A DNA stretch of 64,000 bases from Takakia lepidozioides (Eukaryota > Plantae > Bryophyta): positions 53,444,001 through 53,508,000 of the forward strand of contig CM060732.1 of NCBI GenBank assembly GCA_030704615.1, given 5' to 3'. Shown piece after piece: positions 51,367 through 62,699 of the stretch (positions within the stretch are counted from its first letter, which is position 1; each line of letters begins with the position of its first letter). The translations under genes and the position numbers were made by a program. Under the pieces are notes generated by a model that made no database searches, had not been told where the DNA came from, and worked only from the letters and a program-made list of their open reading frames with translations.

Positions 51367-51892
51367 TCAGGAAATGAATCAGCGGGCTGCTAAGACCAAG
51401 CTGATTCTCCCAAGAACCTTGTAAACATCAGGAAGAATACCGTACTAACAGGAGCCAAAAGCCCACATTTGCAGGATGGACAAACTTCTTCACATCCTAC
51501 ATTAAGGAAAAGCCACACCTTATTGCGATTGTCCCACCATCGGCAAGGATCGGTAAAAAAACTCATGCAAGCTCTAAAATAGGTCGAAGAAGAAGGTGCC
51601 CTCACCACATTGTCCTTGACCTTGTGTCAAGATCCATGGAGGATTTGACTCCCCATGAACCCAAACGAACCTCTTGTTTGTGCTGCTTGTGTCTGTAGTC
51701 TGGTAATGGCGGATTGGTCCATGAGAACCACCACGGTGTAGCTGAGCGAGCATAGATTGAAACACGACCTTGAAACATAACCTGCTAAGACCAACCTGAC
51801 TCTCCCAAAAACCTTGTAAACATCAGGAAGAATACGAAATCATGGTACATCTAACAGGAGCCAAGAGCCCTCATTTGCAGGATGGACAAACT

Positions 51893-52390
51893 TTTTCACA
51901 TCGTACATTGAGAAAAAGCCACCCTTGCGATCGCGATTGTCCCACCATCGTGCACACCTTTATGCCCCGATTCTAGGGCATGAGTCCCTGTCTGCCCCCT
52001 ATCCCACCAGCTCCACTCGTCATCATACATTGAGAAAAAGCCACACCTTGCGATCGCAGTTGTCCCACCATCGTGCACGCCTTCATGGCCCGATTCTAGG
52101 GCTTGAGTCCCTGTCTGCCCCCTATCCCATCAGCTCCGCTCGTCATTGTACATTGAGAAAAGCCACACCTTGCGATCGCGGTTGTCCCACCATCGTGCAC
52201 GCCCTCATGCCCCGATTCTAGGTCTTGAGTCCCTGTCTGCCCCCTATCCCACCAGCTCCGCTCGTCATTGTACATTGAGAAAAAGCCACACCTTGCGATC
52301 GTGGTTGTCCGACCATCGTGCACACCTTCATGCCCCGATTCTAGGTCTTGAGTCCCTGTCTGCCCCTATCCCACTAGCTCCGCTCGTCGT
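51893..52390. repeat. ~120-bp tandem array (about 4 units); each unit ends an RWWDNRDRK-type exon with a GT donor on the minus strand
   Basis: TACATTGAGAAAAAGCCACACCTTGCGATCGCGGTTGTCCCACCATCGTGCAC recurs at ~51904, 52026, 52149 and 52271. Confidence 0.9.
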
Positions 52391-53519
52391 CTCTCATTAT
52401 CAGACTCGACACTATAAGAAAACAAACACAGCTTTGTCCTGTTTGTCTCTCACGATCAAACTCGACACAAAGAAAACAAACAGATGCCACAGTGGCAGGG
52501 AAGACAAAAAAAACGGTAAGTCCCCTCTACTCATGACTGGATAGATGAATGTAGCGATAGATGGATGGATTTTGGGTTTTCCATCAACACACAAACCACT
52601 AAAGTTTTTCATATCACCACAGAAGTAATACCAATCACTGGTGTGTATGTAATCACTCATGCGTAACCACTAGCCGAGTGGTTCCAGTTACTAAATGGTC
52701 TGTAACCACTCACTCTACACCACTCTCAAAGTGGTACCAATCAATGGGGGTCTTTAACCACTCCAGATCTACGGATACTGTCCCCGTCCACGTGGAATAA
52801 ATATAGTTCATAATTAAAATATATTTCGAAATAATAAATCTTAAATAAAAATTGAATTATTACACGTGGAGTAGCAAGTGGTTTCAATCACCTCCCATCA
52901 CTCAGGTGTCTTCAACCACTCACAACCCACCACAGAAGTGGTACCAATCACTCACGTGTATGTACTAACCACTCACAAGTGCCCACTTGAAGAGTGGTTC
53001 CAGTTACAAAAGGGTCTTAACCACTCACATTCCACCACTCTACAAGTGGTACCAATCACTGGGGGGTCTTTAACCACTCCAGATCTACTTATATTATCCT
53101 CGTCCACGTGGAATAATATATTTTGAAATGATAAAAATCTAAAAAAAGAATTATTACACGTGGAGTATAAAGTGGTTTCAACCACTTCCCATCACTGAGG
53201 TGTCTTTAACCACTCATAATTTATCACTGTACTCATGTCGGATATTATCATTATTAATATAAATATTTGGCCAAATATCGAATAATAAATATAAAATTAA
53301 ATATTACACGTGGATTAATCAGTGGTTGAAACCACTTCCAACCACTCCATATGATGCCACCGTGGCATTTCATCGGAATTAACCACTGGCCAGTGGTTAC
53401 CATTACTTGGAGTGATTTATAGAGTGGTAAAAGACAAGAGTGGTTAAGGGGGCCAGTGGTTATTCCGCATTTTCCTTCTAGTGTATCATATTCTGATGGA
53501 ATAACGTAAGAAAAATTAC

Positions 53520-54630
53520 TTTGAGAAGCTCACTTCCAGTGTGTGCATCAACCGCACTGAAAATATCATCAAGTACGTACACATCTACATCTTGGTAGAC
53601 TGCCCTGGCTAACTGAATTCACTGCTTCTGGCCTCCACTAATGTTGATCCATCGCTCTTCAATCTTTGTTTTGTCCCCAAAGGTCATTTGGGCCAGATCT
53701 TGCTGCAATGCACACACACGTATCGTCTCCTGGTACTTCGCATAGTCAAGGGGGCTCCCAAACATAATGTTTTCTTGGATGGTGGCATTCTGAATCCAGG
53801 CTAGCTGCCCCACATATGTCATGCGACCTCTCACTTTTACCTGCCACCCCATTAGCCAGTTGTTGGTCCAATCCAAAACTCCTTGAAGGATTAGTACAGC
53901 TCTAGACTTTGATCCCTATACTGACGAGTAATGTTTATTAATCAGAATTCTTATCACGTCAACAAAACAAGAGAATGAGAACATATATATTGCATCCAAA
54001 GGAGGCCCAGACAGAAAGAGAGGGAGAAAGAGAAAAGAGAGAAGAAAGCAAAACCAGGCTAAATTGCTACTTGAAGAGAGATTGACACCATATTTTGTCA
54101 TCATAGCCGTATGCCTCAAAGATGAGCACCTTCTCCAAAGACTATAATATCTCAATCTCTCTGATAAATGTGCAGGGGAGGAGAACTTGAAATGATGTTA
54201 TGTCTTCAGCTCCGGCTTGGTATATTCTATGCTCATGTTTAACAATGTCCAATGGCCCCTGAAAATTCCCAAAGCACTATTGAGTGGTGATGTGGAGAAT
54301 GGGACAGACAAGTAGGAAGGCAAGAAAAAAAAAGGATGAAAAAGAGCGAAGACAGTAAGGAATGAGTACTCATAACACTGTCATGGGCTTCGATCAAGAA
54401 CAACGACAGACAAAATAGATGAAAATCGCGACCGAAGCCAACAATGCCAAAGATTCTTCCATACAAAAGGAGTCTTTGTGAACATCCTACAACAATGTAA
54501 GGACAAGCATATTAACACAGTCTAACAGGAGAGATAGTCATATGAGGTAGAGGCCACAAACCGTGCCAGACTGCTTCGACACCTCTCCCAAAACTGCCGA
54601 CAGCAGCGCTGATTTCCCTGAGCCCATAAA
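53520..54630 (-). pseudogene. ABCC/MRP transporter NBD1 two-exon fragment; the CACTA sits in the following intron
   Basis: Walker A GSGKSALLSAVLGEVSKQSGT (~54630-54562), then VKVRGRMTYVGQLAWIQNATIQENIMFG...[40 protein letters not shown] with a premature TGA. Confidence 0.88.
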
Positions 54631-55224
54631 GAGTGCATCCTCTGGGGTTCCATGTAAGTTCATTTAGCATACACAATAGACCCTGATTTATCCATACGTA
54701 TATTTCTCAAATTATGTTTGTGACAAGAGTCCCCCGGTTGTCAAATGATTCCATCGCTACAATATCTTTGCATGCTACTATTATATATTGTCCGTTCTTG
54801 AATCATCAGTCCAAAAACTAACATCTCTACCTGTAATAGTCTAATTGTTTACACCAACATCATTAACATTTTTATTAAATAATACATTTTTAAATTTGAT
54901 TATTTAATAATAATAATCATCATCATCATCATCATTAATCATTAATTGGTTAGCCATCCCAATGTTTTGGGTCCAAATATTCATGGATATACATACACGG
55001 GATATTTTAAGGAAAAGAAAAAAAATAAAGCCTGGTTTGTTGTTTTAAATAATTATATTTAAAAATAATTGAGGCCCAATCTTTTATTTATTTATTCATT
55101 TTCGTTAAAGGAAATGAAGCCCATAGATTAAAAGGGTGGATGGGAGGAGAGGGGGGGGGGAGGTGTCACTCTTTGTAAATGTCCGCTACCACATGCAAAC
55201 ATTGGGGATTTAACAAATACCATG

Positions 55225-56030
55225 TGTCGTGCACCCAAGCATCGTGCCACAATATACATCGCTGTCCAATCACACTTCCTAGCATATAATCCTAGAAAGC
55301 CACGCCACAATGATACGGAAATGGTGAAAAGAGGTGAACCCACTCTATCACGTTATATAAGTCAAGCCAATGGCACCTTTGCTAAAGGACTCCACCATAC
55401 AGACCTCACCCACTCTCCATCTCAAGTACTAGAGCTATGGCAGCGAGAGAGGCCTCGGGAGGCTCAACTAGAAAAAGACGAGCCTGCCTACGTCTCACGT
55501 GGAGATAACCTCTCCACGTCCCAAGTGAGGTTCGCCACCTCACTTAGCACATGAAACCAAATGAAGTCCCAATGCCAATAAAATACAAATATAAATGTAG
55601 AGGGACCTAATCACCACACTTCCTAGTATATAGTCCTAGAAAGGCACGCCACAATCGCCCCCCTAGCTGGTGATTAGGTCCCTCTAACACCGGATAGCTT
55701 GCAAGTATCCACCCCAATAAGATCATCGTTTGGTCTTCAATCGCACAAGTCCCAACACCTAAAGTCGATAGATCAAGAGGCCGGGTGCAAACGTAGCCTC
55801 ATCGTTAGTCGTCTTCATGCAATCCATGATCTTCAGTTGAGTATCCATGACATTGAAGCCTCACTAGCTAGACCTTGGATCACTTGTCCGCCTCACCATT
55901 GTCATGCCCACTATCTCTGTCCAAGGCATCGTGGACACAATCATTCTCCGATAGGACCCTCCTCAAGTGACGGTGTCAAGCATCCCGTGTGCCACCCCCT
56001 TGAGCATTTGTCACACACCAACAGGGTTGC
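55225..56030 (-). mobile_element. Possible LTR-retrotransposon remnant
   Basis: Minus strand has a purine-rich tract followed by TGTTAGAGGG at 55690, a TATA-like TTATATAA, and internal direct and inverted repeats. No recognisable coding domain. Confidence 0.3.
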
Positions 56031-56037
56031 GGCGCCA

Positions 56038-59000
56038 CACTAATACCGAAACCGTTTTTTTTTTTTTTAACGGCTCTTCTCACACATTTTGGTGTGAAAA
56101 GAGCCCAAGTTCACACCCCCCCTTGGTGTTAGGTTAACCTAGTCCTTTGCACCACATGTGAACTTTCTTGGTCCTGTGAAAAAAACCATCTCACACCAAA
56201 CTTGCACCTGATGTGGCAGTAGGTTTAGGTGGCTCTTTTGACGGATATTTTGACGGCCGTTTTGACTGGTTAGTTCAACTACTATTTTGACTAAGTAATC
56301 TTAATGGTCTTTCTACGGTACTTATTACACCTCATTGCCACCATGTCTGCCACATGTATGTCAAAGGGAATGCCACGTAATAGAGTCCATCAGAATTAAA
56401 TAAATAATAGATATTAAGGGCTCTTCTTACGGATTCTCTCACACATTTAACACCAGGTTCAAGTCGTGGTGTGATCGCAATGACACTAGTGTGAATACTG
56501 TCATATCCATTGTTTGTTCCTATTGGACGAAAAGTAAACAATTATTATTTGTTGACAAATGCCAAAATGAATAGTCATATTATTATTATTATTCTTCTTA
56601 TAAAATGGGATAGCACCCCAAAAGCCATTGGCTGCTTGATTTAATATGTAATATATTATTTTTTAGAATTTTTATTTGTTTTGTTTCATTTAAACAAAAG
56701 CTTATTTAAAACAGGGATAATAATTGTATTATTAACCACATTGACCAATAGTAATGTTATTAATATTAAATATAGCAAACAACCAGCAAAATACCACATT
56801 CATGTCTACACAAGAAAAATTTGGCTTGATGTGGGAAAATGAAGTTGCCCTTGAACAAGGGGATCTTGTGATCATACATGAGAATAGCAAGAGCATCAAT
56901 TCAAAAAATACTGTTCATGTGAGAAGAGCTGTTTTGTTCACCTGTCTCAGCAACCCTCAATCCATAAAGAAAACTAAACTAAACTTGTAGCACCTTCAAT
57001 ATCACGCGTGTTTAAGAAACTTTTCAGACCATAAGGTGGAACTTCCCTGCGTGTCACCCAATGTGGTATAATTAGGGGTAACAGAGTAGTCCGGTACGGC
57101 AACACAACCTCTGAAATCATGACCGATTTCACATGGATACGGTAATAGTTGTCTGGCACATTTGCTTTCGGAAATCCAGCAATATATCCCACACCTGCCC
57201 TTCTTTTTGGTGCACAAGGATCAAACAATAACACCTTGTCGCCGATCTGAAACTGCAACAAAACCAGATTCCTATATCAGAAATGAACCCTGGAGAACAG
57301 AGACTGACAGCTTGACACTCCTGCAAAACATTGAAGTTCTTCCAGCAAACACCCCAACCCTACCTATTGCAGTACTTCCAATTCCGAATTGCATTTGCTT
57401 GTCTCTATACTACATGCTGACATGATCAAAGCTGGAACGGTGCCATACCTAGTTGGTAGCAGGTTATGCATGGTCAACATGGATGTGGTAGGACGATGTC
57501 ACAAAACTACCTTTGTAGGTTGTGGGCCTGCAGCTATGTGGCGATACATAGGGGTGTATTGATCCAGCATCAGACAAGGAAACAAAATTGCACAAAAAGT
57601 ACTTACACTGTGCGGATTTTGTTGGTCACCCTGTGGTTCAGTTAGATCCACGTGGTTGTAGTGATTGATAGCACATATTGTACTCTCCCTGTCCATTGAA
57701 CGCTTCACTGGTTTCACCATCTGTATATTGAAGAATAGCACGAATGACACACATTGTGAAGTAGCATTAACAATACAAATCCACCCACGCCCAAGCATTG
57801 AAACTTTTGCTCTCACCTTTCTTTGATTATGCTTTGTTGTTGCATCGGGAGGCAAAGTCGTTGGAACTCTGGCAGCAGGAAGCCCTGGTTCGGATGCCTT
57901 TGCAGATTGTTGTGATCCACTACCCATGGCTGCAGTATTGAACAAGTAGTTGGGCTGCCCATATCTGTATGGGTGCCCTGACACATACTCAGGGATGTGT
58001 GCAGCCTTGGATACACCCTCTAACCAAGGCAGTAATTCTTTCATAAGCCTCTTGCAGTTTGGCTGATCCCTCAACTTCCATGGATACGGGAAGATGCAAT
58101 TATTTGCAGGGTTGGGTAAGCAAGTGAGTGGGGAATCGTCCACCAGCAAAGTATTGGTTGGATTGTAATGGCTGTAGTCCTTCCAAAACTTACATAAGTT
58201 CTTGTACATGACAGTTTTAGAAGGATTGAAAGGGTCCACCATTCCCACAGGCTGGTCACAATAGTCTTGGTGAAGCACCATCTTTGGTTGCTTCCCACGA
58301 AACAAAGCTTTCACAACTGGAAGGACATTACTCAATGACATGGAAGACCATACACCTACATCAAAAATCTGAAGGCATCGGTCCAGAAACTCCTGACACC
58401 CAGGTCTGGAGGTGACAGTGGGCTCTAGGTATTCCCTTGTTCGTAGTCTGCTCTCACATAACAATCCATTCAAGTCAAGTATAAGGATGTGTTTCTGCCT
58501 CTCAGTTGCCGAAGGGCAATTACCTACAACTTGTACATGATTATCATGTACAAAAGACACACCTTTCTGTGGGGCACTCTGCAAATTCATGGAGACCTCA
58601 CAGGCATATTGAGGGTAGTACATATGCCGGCAGTGCTACTGGTGTAGGGGACAACAAAACTGATGAACACTTTGCAGTTGCCTCAACAATATGGGGGGAT
58701 GGATTGAGTTCACCTTCAGACCAACCCTCCATGTCATCATCCCCCTCCATTTCTGAAAGCCCAAACAATGAGCCTATTGTGTTTGGCTTTGGTGGCGGTG
58801 AAGAAACTGCCTTGAACAGGTTGAGTGGTGAGCCCATAACATGAGAAATAGTCTCATTTGTTGTCTGTGGCGCAAAGGTGGTGCATGGTGGACCTGTAGG
58901 CTGTGAATCTGGCACATTCATGCCAAGTTTAGCTGCGAGCGCAATGTTGAATGCAGCTGCTGCCTCCAGTTGGACTTGGACTGCTTCCAAAGCTGCCTTG

Positions 59001-60950
59001 GAGCTGGCTTCCATCTGCACTTGTTTGTTTTCCATAGCATCGAGGCGAGCTGCTAGTGAACCAATTCCCTGCCCCATCACATAGAACACCTCCAAAGTAA
59101 CAATTCACTACACTGACTGATGAACTAGTAAGAAAAGAGAACCAAACGGCAACTAGCAATGGCATGGAAATCACGAATATGTAATTCACACCAGAATTGG
59201 TACTGAGTTTATATACCGTTGTGGCTGCACTGCCTGTACCCCCGACCCGTAGCCTTTGTCACTCCTGGCGCTACCGGCGATCTCCTGCAAACTTGGTGTA
59301 CGTCCAGTCTCCTTCTCCTGTGATTGCAACAACTTGCAAGTGTAAATGACTAGCATAGCACACTGCCAACAGTAAAGAATTATCTAGGATAGCGTCAATG
59401 ACTCCCCCTCAATAAGAGTGCTTAGTTTCTTGCTGGCGCCCAACTCTGAGAAGGCCCCCAAGTAGTAGCAATGTGTACTAATTCCATCCATATAGGAATA
59501 GACTCTGAGCTCCAGCCAAAAAAACCCAACACATAAAGTTTGTCAATGCAAAACAATGTGGGAACTTCCTATGTTGTAAGAGAAGTATACCAGTCGTGCT
59601 ACAACACCGCTGATTCCACTGCGACCCGATCGAGATGTATTCTTCACACATCCCCGCGCCTTGACACCATTTGCCTGGAATTTCTTGAAATCAGTGGAAC
59701 CCCAACTAACAACTAGTTGTGCCCATGTCTTGTCTGGCACATGATGGGGTTTGGGCAGCCCCACACTATAGTAATTTTTGAACAGCTTATTTCGTTGGTA
59801 CTTGAGCTGCCCGCAAATTGTTTTTGTAATAGCCTTTATGTTAAGACCAGGAGGTCCGTATTCCCAATCTGAAGCCAAGATCTCCATGATCTTTTCAATT
59901 AAGTGTAATGGTTGATCCTGAGCATACAATGACCAGTCCAACAAACGTTGACACTGCCCTCGCAGAGCTGTCATCCACTGGTTCCGAGCAGGACCTTCAG
60001 GGTTTCCAAGTTCATCACAAGAAATGAAAAATTTCCTCCTCCCTACAGCCACATTCTGAGCAGCCTGGTCTCTCAGATCTTTTGCAAGTGCCCTTCTTTC
60101 CCTCCTTAAAGCATTTTTGCGTTCTATAGGAGTCACACCTGATGTCCCCCCAGGAGTAAGGCTGGAATCCTGCAAGGTTTCAGCAGTACCTTGCATGTTA
60201 CCACCTTCACTCTGTTGGGGCTGGACTGTTCTCCCACCCCACAGATGATGCGGAGCAAATGCATCCTCGGTCTGTTTCAGAATGCCTTTCCCTTTCAGGG
60301 TATTAGGTGTACCTGGAGATGTTGGATAAAGAGGTGGCCGCGGTGCAGTGAAGCTCGAAGGTGCCGGCTGTTGTACTCCACTGTAGTTGGATCCTGAAGG
60401 TTGGTGGCCACCATACTGGACCTGCCCCTGGTGTGGTCTTGCAGGGCTGGTAGGATAGAGGGAGGAAGTAGGTTGGTTGTACATAGGCCGAGGAGGATAC
60501 ATACTATGGGGATGCATTCCATAATGGTGGTAAATGGAATACCCACCTTGACTAGGATCATGCATTGGAGCGCCTGCAGGTGGAGCAAAAGAATAATTCT
60601 GGCACTGAGGATCATTGTTTGGAGGTTGATAGTGAGGATACGGCATGTGCCCATGCAGATTATACCCTGACATGGCAGGATACTGCGGGTACATAAGCGG
60701 ATACGAGGGAGGAGCCGATACTGGTGGATACAAGGGAGCTGGAACGTCAGTCTGTGGAGTGGGCGGGGCTGGTTTTTCGTAAGTTGGAACAACCGCGCCA
60801 CTCATCACAGCAGTTGGCGCAATAGTTGGTGCACACTTTGCTGGAGTAAGAGACTTATGCTCGTTCGCATCCTTCCCTGCAATTCCCTCCTTTTTTTTAC
60901 TGAACTCTGCACACATTGCTCAACATAAACATGAGAAACAATACCACCAT
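56038..60950 (-). mobile_element. Second CACTA element: one terminus plus a TnpA-like gene; the other side is interrupted by LINEs or lies outside the window
   Basis: CACTAATACCGAAACCG at 56038 followed by TCACAC/GTGTGA/AAGAGCC subterminal repeats, and an En/Spm-like gene reading toward this end. Confidence 0.72.
57002..60916 (-). pseudogene. TnpA-like multi-exon gene: Pro/Tyr-rich region, Transposase_24-like domain, coiled coil, FCP1/NIF-like HAD domain, Tnp1/En/Spm-like C-terminal domain; two frameshifts
   Basis: KPHHVPDKTWAQLVVSWGSTDFKKFQANGVKAR...SRSGRSG|EKETGRTPS; LILDLNGLL..RPGCQEFL..FDVGVWSS..KNL..NTLLVDDSP..NP; GDKVLLFD..GVGYI..YYRIHVKSV..VLPY/PD..TTLGDTQGSSTLW. Frameshifts near 58610 and 57092. 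Confidence 0.75.
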
Positions 60951-61029
60951 ACTACTAGGGATGGCAAACCTAGTGGGTAAGCAAAGCCAAAGGCCTATGC
61001 AAGAAGACCCTGTCAGTCAGACCTACCTA

Positions 61030-62692
61030 TAACAGTGAGGAGTCTTCTAAAGAATGGAAGGGTACAGTGGAAATGACTGTCTAATCCAAGACAACCCTGA
61101 AAAACTGGAGTGCATCACAAAGGGGTACAACGTGCCCATTAGTTCTTCTGAGATTGCTGAAGCAATAGAACATCTAAAGGGCTATAAAGTTGGTGTGTCT
61201 GATACGATTGTCAAGCCTGGTGTGATCATATGGTAGATGCCCTTGCACTCCTCTGGACCTTATTTGGAAGACTGAAATGATACCCTTTCTGTCAGTGTCA
61301 ATCTGAGGTGACAGATGACAGCCTGGAACTACCGTAGCATTACACTTCTTACCACAGTTTGCAAGCTGTTCTGTAGGATAATAAGCACCCATCTTGAGGT
61401 TGATTTGGAGTCTGGAAGTGTTTTCCATGAAGGTGAGGCAGGCTTCCTGGGGGCTGTGTCAACCATGTCCCTGAGCTGGCCTATTCAAGGAAGGAAAAAA
61501 GAAAGAAACCTCTAAGGAAACCTCTGTCCTAGAACGACACCTTCCTTCTACAAAGGTTTCCTTCCTTGACATCTTATGGTGCACGCGCTGACATGCTCTC
61601 TTTGAGCACCAAAAGCTGAATGGATTCTAAAGTTTTAGCATGATTGGAGTTGGCCAACCCACACGGCAGATGTGTACTCCAAGGCCTGATAAGGCCTGAT
61701 CTCTTCATAAGCTGGTATGGCGGCATCACCCACCTGTAACCCAAATCTCTTGCTTTCCTAATTTTTAAGGGCTGATAAACGAAAACATTGAAGAGCAGCG
61801 GGGAGAGGGTACAACCTTGAGCTACACCTTGGTCAATGTCAAAGAAATTAGACTTCTCGCTATTGACCACAACACAAGCTTTGGTGTTCGCATGCAGGTT
61901 GTGAACCATCCTCCATATCTTTCCCCTGACCCCAGAAGCTGTAGAACAACTGACGTGGCTGCTCAGGGCGAGTTTGGCCAGCCTTGACCTCTCAACATGA
62001 TGAGTTCAAGGTCAGATGGTACAGTCAGCTGAATCGCATGCCTCATACCAGCGACCCTATGATAAATACCTGAATATTAGGAAGGAAGAACTCACCCTGC
62101 TAGATGAATCTGACGTGGAGGCTGAAGTGTCTAAGGCCATGTCAAAAGCATGAAGAATGTCCGAACAAAACAATGTTAGGCATAAACTTCCCTGAACTCG
62201 TTTCCAGTTTGTGACATGGGTGAGGACTTTGAGGATGATCTGAAGGGCAGACCTACCCTTGCACTAGACTGAAAATTTTACCTCAGGATGGGGAGTCTAC
62301 CTTTGAACAATAAACAGATGCAGAGAGGAAAGGGAGATTGTCAATGCTCACTGGTGTGGGTGGCCTGAAGACAATGTCCATTTTCTGATACAAGTCCGGG
62401 GTATTCTCATCAGAGAGCGACCCTCTTCAGGACCATCAAGAACATAGTCCCTGCACCTCTGTTCACCAACTTTCAATATCTCAAGGCTGAGTCTAAAGCG
62501 GTGGCCTTGTTGGGGTCTCATTGCTTGGTAGCCCACATACAACATATTGATGCTTGTGTGAAGGGCTTTCTAAAAATCTGGAAAGCCTGAACTAATTTAT
62601 AACACGGTAAGTCCTACTACTGGAGTGAGCCCCTCATGTCTGTTCCTTGTTCTGCTGGGCACGGGCAAGGTCTGTGGCCACAAGGCTATGAT
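61030..62692 (+). mobile_element. Rearranged non-L1 LINE (RT fragments, inverted RT piece at ~61570-61935, CCHC C-terminus and 3' UTR)
   Basis: NYRSITLLTTVCKLFCRII, GVAQGCTLSPLLFNVF (minus strand), PEDNVHFLI..GYSHQR, ending GGCCACAAGGCTATG. Confidence 0.85.
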
Positions 62693-62699
62693 CAACTTC

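Larger units (their letters stand above)
49345..52390 (-). pseudogene. Captured, amplified exons encoding OSB-type PDF motifs (WWDNR...PDF...W...P.WV) and a PPR E-domain scrap
   Basis: HPRGPDFTLQITYDSMWINSYKKPAAWVDGQL (~49350-49470); IHPRGRDVKLTITSNSLWINSCKKPAWVDGQL (~49930-50040); HEFYTDPSRWWDNRN (~50530-50585) with TNPTLPDYR..SFWVDGWSNAPWV (~50260-50348); FFTDPCRWWDNRNK and TNPPLPDYRHK..WVHGESNPPWI (~51520-51720); KALLGACRIHGNVEMAERAA (~50690-50760). Confidence 0.78.
47068..53483. mobile_element. Complete non-autonomous CACTA (En/Spm) DNA transposon, Pack-type
   Basis: 29-bp TIRs CACTAGAAGGAAAA(C/T)GCGGAATAACCACT with 1 mismatch; 3-bp TSD TAT at 47065-67 and 53484-86; dense AACCACT/AGTGGT subterminal repeats at both ends; no transposase ORF. 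Confidence 0.95.

Noticed and set aside
50843-52390. Regular repeats resembling a CRISPR array
   Set aside because: Whole units repeat with no unique spacers, there are no cas genes, and the context is eukaryotic.
51925-52544. Plus-strand His/Arg-rich repeat ORFs
   Set aside because: Antisense readings of the tandem array; the meaningful WWDNR motif is on the minus strand.
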